From assembly GCA_035506075.1 (NCBI GenBank), contig DATJQB010000290.1, positions 50 through 64,049 of the forward strand: a stretch of DNA of 64,000 nucleotides. The letters are read 5' to 3'. Shown piece by piece: positions 57,188 to 64,000 of the stretch; position 1 is the stretch's first letter; each line of letters starts with the position of its first letter. The stretch comes from Bacteroidota bacterium. GTDB taxonomy: Bacteria; Bacteroidota; Ignavibacteria; UBA10030. The notes beneath the pieces were generated by a model. That model saw nothing but the letters and a program-made list of their open reading frames with translations. It was not told the origin of the DNA and searched no databases. The position numbers and the translations under genes are program-made.

Positions 57188-58282
57188 ATGAAACGATCAT
57201 TCACACTTGTCATTATCGTTATTGTCGCGGCTTTGCTTGCTGCTCCGGCGTGGAACTTCCAGGACAAGAAGCCGATCGCGGCCTACATCATGAAGGTCGT
57301 GAATAACGTTGAGCGGCGGACCGGTTCGACCCAGGGTTGGTCGAAGGCCGTGCTGCTCTCCGAGCTGAAGGCGGGCTACGAGGTGCGCACACAAGAGAAG
57401 TCGTTTGCGATGATCAAGTTCGCAGACGAATCAAAAGTCTCTGTGCGCGAGAAGTCGATCATTACGATCTCCGGCGAAGTCTCCGGAGGGAAAATTCTTA
57501 ACCGCGATGTCTACATCGAGCGGGGCAGAACTTCGTTCGAGGTGAAGAAGCAGGAAACAGAACAGTTTCGGTTTACCTCCCCGATTTCCGTTGCATCCAT
57601 TCGCGGAACCGAGGGCGGGACAGGCTTCGATCCGGGCCTCGGACAGGCCGATATCACGATCATCACCGGAATTGCAGAGTTTTCGCACACCTCCAGCGGC
57701 TGCAAAGTGGATGTTACGCCTGGCATGACCGGGCGGGTCGATCGGGGTGGCGGTTGCAAGGTCGACACTGCGTCGCACAACGAGCTCAACAATAACAATC
57801 CACATTCAAACGTGAACCAGGGTGTCGTCGACTCGACACAGCAGGGCGGCAACAATAATCAGCCCCCGCCAGGTTCATCGACAAAGTTCACACTGACGCT
57901 GCCCACAGGTGCCACGTTGACCTCCGGCGTTCAGGCTCAGCTCAACGTTGCCCTGTCGAATCCTCCCGTGGAGATTCAGCAGGTCACACTCTTCTACAGA
58001 AATCAGGGCGATCCTTCGTATAAGCAGCTCCAGATGACGGTGAAGGAACTCACAGCCACGGGCACGGTTCCCGCCAGCGACATTCATGCAGGAACAGCGA
58101 AGAAGTTCGAGTATTACTTCTCCATGCGCGGTTCGAATGGAACAACCTACACGTTCCCGGACACGAATCCCGATTCGTCTCCCTACATCCTGCCGGTGAA
58201 ACCGAAGGTTGTCTATCTCAAGATTCCGGTGACGACACCAACTGGAGAACAACGGTACCTGCAGATCTCCTACGAGGAGTAA
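57188..58282 (+). CDS. FecR-domain protein with C-terminal Ig-like domain shared with the downstream OMP
   Basis: ORF 57173..58282 trimmed to MKRSFTLVIIVIVAALLAAPAWN. The FecR (PF04773-like) pattern is GYEVRTQEKSFAMIKFADESKVSVREKSIITI...RDVYIERGRTSFEV...FRFTSPISVASIRGTE. The C-terminal ~110 aa (FYRNQGDPSYKQLQM...KKFEYYFSMRGSNGTTYTFPD) resembles the N-terminus of ORF 58425..60893. Confidence 0.6.
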   Translation: MKRSFTLVIIVIVAALLAAPAWNFQDKKPIAAYIMKVVNNVERRTGSTQGWSKAVLLSELKAGYEVRTQEKSFAMIKFADESKVSVREKSIITISGEVSGGKILNRDVYIERGRTSFEVKKQETEQFRFTSPISVASIRGTEGGTGFDPGLGQADITIITGIAEFSHTSSGCKVDVTPGMTGRVDRGGGCKVDTASHNELNNNNPHSNVNQGVVDSTQQGGNNNQPPPGSSTKFTLTLPTGATLTSGVQAQLNVALSNPPVEIQQVTLFYRNQGDPSYKQLQMTVKELTATGTVPASDIHAGTAKKFEYYFSMRGSNGTTYTFPDTNPDSSPYILPVKPKVVYLKIPVTTPTGEQRYLQISYEE

Positions 58283-58424
58283 TCCTGCCGTACCGCTGCG
58301 GTATTGAGATTCTCGACGTTGCTCTTACAACAAGGACGGCAGGTGAAGAGCCTGCCGTCCCTGTTTCAATTCACTTTGTCAATTCGCCTTTCCTTTTCTC
58401 ATTCTAACATCACGGAGACCCCTC

Positions 58425-60893
58425 ATGAATCGCGCCCTTGCTTCCCTTGCGACCGTTCTCTGCCTTCTGTGCGTGGCGTTCCTGGCTGCCGAGGCACAGG
58501 TGAGTTCTGTCGTACTGCGTGTGAACGCGCCGGTTGTGAGTCAGAACCAGCCCCTGCCAATCAGCGTCGACTTCACGCCGAGCGGCACCGTCGAACGCGT
58601 CTTACTGCGGTACCGCGGATTCGGCGAATCCGAATATCACCAGCAGGAAATGCTGCTGGCGGGCAACTCGGCGTCGCTCACAATTGGCGGACAGTACGTG
58701 CTCCCTCCTTACATTGAATACTACGTGATCGTTCAAACATCCGGGGGACACACCGAGACGTACCCGATTGAAAACGCCGAGTCAACTCCGCTGAAGGCGA
58801 CCATCAAGCCCGTAGATCCGAAATCCCTCGAAGTGCGGCTGCTGAGTCCCGAGCAGGGGGAGACAATTGCAAGCGAAGACCTCGTGATTGCCGTGTCTCT
58901 GTACTATGCGTCAGAAAACGTCGACAGGAAGGCGACAAAGCTGTTCCTCAACGGCATTGACGTGACGCCGCAAGCCCTTTTCTCCGACGATGTGATCCTC
59001 TACTCACCCGCGAACTTTCCACGCCCCCTGAGCCTCGGCGTGCAGTTTCTCCGCGTCGATCTGTATGATACAAAGGGCGCTCTCTATCATTCCGTTGAGT
59101 CGAACTTCAACCTTTCAACGGCTGCGGCCATTGCAGCGCGCGAATCGCGCTTGAAATTCGGCATCGACGGACAACTGGAATACAGGAACGAAAACGTCCA
59201 GTCAACACAAAACACATTTGCTCGCGGCCAGGTGCGCGCCCTCGGGTCGCTTGGCTCGTCGTTCAATTTCGGATCCAACATCTTCCTGACGAACGAAGAG
59301 AAAACCGATCGTCAGCCCCAGGACCGTTTCTCGGCGTTTGCTGATGCCGATTTCCTCAAAGTCCAGGTGGGTGATGCGTTCCCGAAGTTTCCAACGAACA
59401 TTGTGAGCGGCAAGCGCGTGCGTGGGGTTTCAGCCAATCTCTTCCTGAAGTTCTTCAACGTCGACTTTGCGTACGGCCAGACAATGCGCAGCATCGAGGG
59501 CATTGCGCTTCGGGATACAACGTTCAAAGATTCCACCGCCCTGCTCTCACGGCCTTCAAACTCAATTCTGAAATCGGGTCTTACCTACTCGCTGTTCCAG
59601 GCTGGCACGTACACACGCAACTTCTTTGCCATCCGCCCGAGTTTTGGCTCCGGAGAGAATTTCCAGTTTGGTCTGACATACATGAATTCGAAAGACGATA
59701 TCTCGTCCATCCGGTATGGTCTCACGCCGCAGCAAAACCTCGTCGCAGGATCCGATCTGCTGATCGCCTTTGACGACCAGCGCTTCAGACTGGAAGGACA
59801 GGCAGAGGTGAGTTTGACAAACACCGATATTACAAGCGGTTCGTTCACGCAGGCGGATTACGATCTCATGGCGGGCAAGAACGACCCAACACTCACAGCG
59901 CAACAACGCAGCGATCGCCAGAAAAGCGCTGATGATCTGAAGAAGATCGCCGACGCCGCCAGCAAGTTCATGACGATCAACCAGTATTTGTTCCCCATCA
60001 ACCCTGTGGGGCACGGGCTCCCGGGCGTCGCGTACGACGGCATGCTGACGATGAATTATTTCAACAACTTTATCCGTGCACAGTATTATCAGCGCGGTAA
60101 CGCGTACCAGTCGTTCGGAAACGAATTCCTGCAGGCCGACATCAAGGGGCTTTCGCTCTCCGATCGCATCCGCATGTTCCAGAACAGGGCGCTCCTCAGC
60201 CTCTCCTATGAACAGCGCCAGGACAACACCGCGCAAACAAAGGTCGCCACCACGACGTATGGAAACATGAACGGGTCCCTCACGGTGTTTCCATCAAACA
60301 CGCTCCCCTCGTTTACCGTCGGGTATGGAATCCTTTCGCGCAAGAGCGATGCCAGCCTTGTCGACTCCCTGCAGCGGTTCTATGCTGCGGACGACAAGAC
60401 AAACCGCATCTCGTTCCAGCTGAACTACGATTTCAATGCTGGCGCGCGCCACAACCTGTCGCTCGGCATGAGCCTGTCGGACAAGACGGACAACCTGCCG
60501 GTCGGTCTCAACCGGGGTGAGCAGAAGAACAACAGTTACTTCGGCTCGCTGACGTCAAACTTCCAGTTCCCGTTGCAGACAACGCTCTCGTTCAACACAA
60601 ACCTGAGCTCGAACGCCGACCTGACCAATCCGAACCTTGCACTGCTACCGATGATTGAGTTCAAGCTGACCTCGTACGGTCTGAATGCGCAATACAGGCT
60701 GTTGGAGGACAAGATGCGGATCACGGCGGGGATCAACACGACAACCGGCGACCTGAACAGGACGCTCATGCAGGGCGCCGTGGACTACACGGTCACCGCC
60801 AATCACACGCTGGCGTTGCAGTACGACTACATCCAGAACTCGGGGTTGAAAGACGACAACGTGATGAGTCTCGTCTATCGATTTAACTTCTGA
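58425..60893 (+). CDS. Large outer-membrane beta-barrel protein of unknown family with N-terminal Ig-like domains
   Basis: 822 aa. Signal peptide MNRALASLATVLCLLCVAFLAAEAQ. N-terminal domain (LLRYRGFGESEYHQQEML...IEYYVIVQTSGGHTETYPIE) is similar to the FecR-protein C-terminus. C-terminal ~550 aa of alternating amphipathic strands ends ...MSLVYRFNF (aromatic terminus). Confidence 0.6.
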   Translation: MNRALASLATVLCLLCVAFLAAEAQVSSVVLRVNAPVVSQNQPLPISVDFTPSGTVERVLLRYRGFGESEYHQQEMLLAGNSASLTIGGQYVLPPYIEYYVIVQTSGGHTETYPIENAESTPLKATIKPVDPKSLEVRLLSPEQGETIASEDLVIAVSLYYASENVDRKATKLFLNGIDVTPQALFSDDVILYSPANFPRPLSLGVQFLRVDLYDTKGALYHSVESNFNLSTAAAIAARESRLKFGIDGQLEYRNENVQSTQNTFARGQVRALGSLGSSFNFGSNIFLTNEEKTDRQPQDRFSAFADADFLKVQVGDAFPKFPTNIVSGKRVRGVSANLFLKFFNVDFAYGQTMRSIEGIALRDTTFKDSTALLSRPSNSILKSGLTYSLFQAGTYTRNFFAIRPSFGSGENFQFGLTYMNSKDDISSIRYGLTPQQNLVAGSDLLIAFDDQRFRLEGQAEVSLTNTDITSGSFTQADYDLMAGKNDPTLTAQQRSDRQKSADDLKKIADAASKFMTINQYLFPINPVGHGLPGVAYDGMLTMNYFNNFIRAQYYQRGNAYQSFGNEFLQADIKGLSLSDRIRMFQNRALLSLSYEQRQDNTAQTKVATTTYGNMNGSLTVFPSNTLPSFTVGYGILSRKSDASLVDSLQRFYAADDKTNRISFQLNYDFNAGARHNLSLGMSLSDKTDNLPVGLNRGEQKNNSYFGSLTSNFQFPLQTTLSFNTNLSSNADLTNPNLALLPMIEFKLTSYGLNAQYRLLEDKMRITAGINTTTGDLNRTLMQGAVDYTVTANHTLALQYDYIQNSGLKDDNVMSLVYRFNF

Positions 60894-60915
60894 ACCTGAT
60901 TCCGGAAGGGCGACC

Positions 60916-63117
60916 ATGGCCTCACCTTCGTTTAAGAAGAGCATCCTCCCAATTCTCATAAAAGCGGGAATCGGACTGGGGATCGGCATCCTTGTCGCCC
61001 TCATCCGCCTCTGGGACCCCGGCTTCATTCAGAACGTCGACCACCTCACGACGGACTACCGCTATCAGCAGCGTTACGATCGCCAGAAGGACAGCTCGGA
61101 ACGGTTCGATCGCAATCGCGCCAACGTCATCATCGTTGGAATCAAGGACAAGGACCTTTCCGCTCTTCCCGAGACGTTTCCCTTTCCGCGATCCTATTAT
61201 GCCCACGTGATTGAAAATCTCGAACACGCCGGCGTCCTCGCTGTGGTGCTTGACGTGACGTTTGATTCCAAGCGCGATAGCGCGACCGACGCCGAGTTCG
61301 AGGGTGTGCTTGAAAAGTACAACAACATCGTGCTTGCAGCGAAAGCGGAAGAGTCCACGGGGGGCGGAAAATATACGTTGAGCACCATCAACCGCTCGTA
61401 CGGCAACTACTTCTATAAACCCGGCCGGCGCGTAGGCCTCTCCAACATCCCGGGGAAAGACCGGGACGATGTCGCCCGCCGATACTACCCCATGCTCGCA
61501 GTCGGCAATTTTCTCACGCCCACACTCGGATTTGCAGCGCTCAACGTTGCGTTCCATCTTCCCGACACGGCCATCGCCGATGTCCGCCCGCCGAATCTTG
61601 TTCTCGGCGACCGCGTGATCCCCACGATCGACGGCCGGTCGTTCATGCTCAACTATTACGGCCCGAGCGAATCATTCCGGTACCTTTCGTTCACCGAGGT
61701 CATCGACGATTCGACGTTCAAGACAAAAGAAGAACTCGAGGTCGGCGCCGATATCAATCAATTTGATCTCGACGATGAAGTCCGCGCCGCGCTGAAGGAC
61801 AAGATCGTTATCATCGGATCGGCCATGCCCGAAGAGCGCGACTTCCACACGATCCCGCTCATGAACCCCGATGGTACGTACCTGATGTTCGGGGTAGAGA
61901 TCCACGCAACGGCAATCCAGAACGTCCTCGATCAAAGTTACATCCGCCGGGCCGACCCGACGCTTGAACTTGGACTGATTATCTTTCTCGCTCTCGTGTC
62001 GTTCCTTGTCATCCTTCGCGTCCGGCAAATCAAGGCCCGCTTTGTTGTCCTCCTCGAGTTGGCGTCACTCTTGATTGCAGCGCTCTTCATCGTTGCCGTC
62101 TTCGAAATAGCGGTCCGCTCCTTTATGAACGACAGCACGCTTGTGAACATTGTCTACCCGAGCCTGGCTGTTGTCCTCGCGTATCTTGGAGCCGCGGTTT
62201 ATCAATATCTCGCCGAGCGCCAGCAAAAAGCGCTGATCAAGAATGTGTTCAGCAAGTACATCAGCGCGGCGGTTGTCAATGAACTCGTCGCGAATCCGGA
62301 AAAGGCGAAGCTCGGTGGTGACCGCCGCGAGCTGACCGTCTTCTTCTCGGATATCGCCGGCTTCACAACCATCTCGGAACAATTCTACACGCGCCCCGAA
62401 GGTCTTGTGGAGTTGCTGAACGAGTACCTGGACGAGATGACGGGGATCGTCCTGAAGCACGAAGGAACGCTCGATAAGTACGAGGGGGATGCCATCATGG
62501 CGTTCTGGGGAGCCCCGATTGCTCAGAAAGACCACGCTCTCCGCACCTGCCTCGCATCGCTTGAAATGCAGCAGCGTCTTGCAGCGCTGCGCCCGAAGTG
62601 GAAGAAGGAAGGGCGTCCCGCTCTCGAGGTGCGCATCGGCATTAACACCGGCACGATGATCGTCGGCAATATGGGGGGACGCGACCGGTTCGATTACACG
62701 GTCATCGGCGACAGTGTGAACCTCGCCTCACGCCTTGAAGGAGCAAACAAGCAGTACGGATCCAATGTGATGATCAGCGACATGACCTACCACCACGTCA
62801 AAGGCCAGGTGCTGGTCCGCGAGCTCGACCTGATCCAGGTCAAGGGGAAAACCGAGCCGGTCAAGGTCTGGGAGCTTCTCGGAAAGGCGGACATGGAATT
62901 GACCGAGGACCAGAAGCAGTCGCTTGAAATCTATCACGAGGGGCTACGACTTTACCGCGCCCGGAACTGGCAGGAGGCGATTGCGTATTTCCAGCAGGCA
63001 AAGCAGCTTGACCCGGCTTGCCGTGTTGCCGACATTTACGAGCAGCGCGCGAATCTCTACCAGCTTAATCCGCCCCCCGCGGATTGGTCCGGCGTCTTTG
63101 TGATGACAACAAAATAA
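60916..63117 (+). CDS. CHASE2-sensor class III adenylate/guanylate cyclase with C-terminal TPR-like tail
   Basis: 733 aa. N-terminal TM plus periplasmic CHASE2-like region (~300 aa). Three TM helices. Cyclase core (LTVFFSDIAGFTTISEQ..., KYEGDAIMAFWGAP..., RIGINTGTMIVGNMGG...YTVIGDSVNLASRLEG). Tail LEIYHEGLRLYRARNWQEAIAYFQQAKQLDP. Confidence 0.85.
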   Translation: MASPSFKKSILPILIKAGIGLGIGILVALIRLWDPGFIQNVDHLTTDYRYQQRYDRQKDSSERFDRNRANVIIVGIKDKDLSALPETFPFPRSYYAHVIENLEHAGVLAVVLDVTFDSKRDSATDAEFEGVLEKYNNIVLAAKAEESTGGGKYTLSTINRSYGNYFYKPGRRVGLSNIPGKDRDDVARRYYPMLAVGNFLTPTLGFAALNVAFHLPDTAIADVRPPNLVLGDRVIPTIDGRSFMLNYYGPSESFRYLSFTEVIDDSTFKTKEELEVGADINQFDLDDEVRAALKDKIVIIGSAMPEERDFHTIPLMNPDGTYLMFGVEIHATAIQNVLDQSYIRRADPTLELGLIIFLALVSFLVILRVRQIKARFVVLLELASLLIAALFIVAVFEIAVRSFMNDSTLVNIVYPSLAVVLAYLGAAVYQYLAERQQKALIKNVFSKYISAAVVNELVANPEKAKLGGDRRELTVFFSDIAGFTTISEQFYTRPEGLVELLNEYLDEMTGIVLKHEGTLDKYEGDAIMAFWGAPIAQKDHALRTCLASLEMQQRLAALRPKWKKEGRPALEVRIGINTGTMIVGNMGGRDRFDYTVIGDSVNLASRLEGANKQYGSNVMISDMTYHHVKGQVLVRELDLIQVKGKTEPVKVWELLGKADMELTEDQKQSLEIYHEGLRLYRARNWQEAIAYFQQAKQLDPACRVADIYEQRANLYQLNPPPADWSGVFVMTTK

Positions 63118-63143
63118 CCGTTTACTGTCAGGATCTGCATTCA

Positions 63144-63180
63144 AAAGCCGGAAGTGGTTCTGTTCCGGCTTTCTCTTTTT
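63144..63180 (+). terminator. Rho-independent terminator after the cyclase gene
   Basis: aaagccggaa-(gtggttctg)-ttccggcttt followed by ctcttttt, 27 bp after the stop at 63117. Confidence 0.6.
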
Positions 63181-63182
63181 CC

Positions 63183-64000
63183 ATGGACATTCTCAACCAA
63201 CTCTCTCCCCGCCGCTTTCGAGCCGTCGACGACCTGATCGCTTTCATTTCGATCTATGACGACGCCCGACGCACGCGCGGGTATCGGCTCCTGCTTCGTT
63301 CCCACGCAAAACAAATCCGGAACGCCGTCTGTGTCGAGGGCGGCTGCGGCCTGGGAATCTTCGCGGCCGAGCTGGCGCGACTGGGAGCTCGCAAAGTTTA
63401 TGCTGTAGAACAAAACCCCCTTCTTGCCGACCTGGCTGCACAACGGATCGCGAAGCTCCCGGCGCATCTTGCGCGCCGCATCGAACTCGTGAATCTCCCG
63501 CTGCAACGCTTCAAACCTGCAGAGCGCGTGCATGTGCTCGTCCATGAGTTCTTCGGACAGTTGCTGTACGACGAAGACCTTTGGGTGCTCGATCGCCTCC
63601 GGTTCAAACCCGATTTGGTGCTCCCTGACGGCGGAGAACTTCGCGCGGGGACACTCTCCTCCACGCTGTACAGAGATCGATTCGTAACACCGGCAGTGAT
63701 TGAGAAGCTTGATGGAGCTCTTGTTTCCGGCCTGTTTGAGGGAGAATCAAGAGACCTGCGTGAGTCTGTGTTGCGGTGGAGTTTCGGAAAGGGATTGGTG
63801 CACCTGCGACACAACCTGAGCCGCCATCGGGGCGACCTGGTCTGCATGGGACTTGTTGTAACTCACAACGGAAAGCGCGTGTGTGAGGCGGGCGAACACG
63901 GGAATTGGTCGTACGTGTGGACGAAACGGAGCGGAAATGAACTGAGCTTTCGATTCAGGAAGGCCCCCGGCGGCGAAGGAATGGACTGCTTCTTCGGCTG
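63183..64000 (+). CDS. PRMT-like class I SAM-dependent methyltransferase (5' complete, 3' truncated by window end)
   Basis: Read by hand from ATG 63183 (not in the ORF track because no stop occurs before the window end). MDILNQLSPRRF...VCVEGGCGLGIFAAELARLGARKVYAVEQNP matches motif I/post-I of protein-arginine-methyltransferase-like enzymes (VLDVGxGTGILSxFAAKAGAxKVYAVE). VLVHEFFGQLLYDE resembles the PRMT double-E loop region. Confidence 0.55.
   Translation, partial: MDILNQLSPRRFRAVDDLIAFISIYDDARRTRGYRLLLRSHAKQIRNAVCVEGGCGLGIFAAELARLGARKVYAVEQNPLLADLAAQRIAKLPAHLARRIELVNLPLQRFKPAERVHVLVHEFFGQLLYDEDLWVLDRLRFKPDLVLPDGGELRAGTLSSTLYRDRFVTPAVIEKLDGALVSGLFEGESRDLRESVLRWSFGKGLVHLRHNLSRHRGDLVCMGLVVTHNGKRVCEAGEHGNWSYVWTKRSGNELSFRFRKAPGGEGMDCFFG

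Noticed and set aside
58120-58145. tRNA-like GGTTCGAAT(GG) motif
   Set aside because: It lies inside the FecR-domain CDS (encodes ...MRGSNGTT...). There is no cloverleaf context and no flanking acceptor-stem complementarity.
1-64000. Mobile elements, CRISPR arrays, rRNA genes
   Set aside because: No transposase, integrase or recombinase-like ORFs. No inverted-repeat-flanked insertions. No regularly spaced direct repeats. No long non-coding high-identity stretches. All large ORF-free gaps are under 0.85 kb.

Overview
This is a high-GC (~60%) bacterial chromosomal window, likely from the Fibrobacteres-Chlorobi-Bacteroidetes (FCB) group. The evidence for that is type IX secretion (T9SS) C-terminal sorting domains, a SusC/SusD pair, a PorV/PorQ-like porin, a DUF2851 protein and many TonB-dependent receptors. 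I saw no rRNA, tRNA, CRISPR array or mobile element.

The first half (30..30856) is an accessory-like stretch of outer-membrane uptake systems:
- Two paralogous modules, each a TonB-dependent receptor (TBDR) followed by a T9SS-sorted cargo protein; one also has a PorV-like barrel.
- A third TBDR divergently transcribed from the first.
- A secreted protein built from four ~137-aa tandem repeats.
- An M19 dipeptidase with a T9SS-type sorting domain near its N-terminus.
- A SusC/SusD pair and a PLP-dependent aromatic amino-acid decarboxylase, bracketed by a LytS-type histidine kinase and a LytTR response regulator that are split apart.

The second half is mostly housekeeping genes:
- purN-purH, then mreB-mreC.
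- A thrA-thrB-thrC operon inserted into the cell-shape cluster, ahead of mreD-mrdA-rodA.
- TauE/DUF1634, dcd, pyrF, DUF2851, dxr-rseP.

The window ends with a co-directional four-gene secreted/signalling operon: a hypothetical secreted protein, a FecR-domain protein, a large outer-membrane beta-barrel, and a CHASE2 class III adenylate cyclase. A 5'-complete PRMT-like methyltransferase is truncated at the window end.

CDS coordinates include the stop codon. Starts were refined from the ORF track by locating signal peptides or conserved N-termini, and are uncertain by a few codons. Long antisense ORFs inside the genes are treated as high-GC artefacts.
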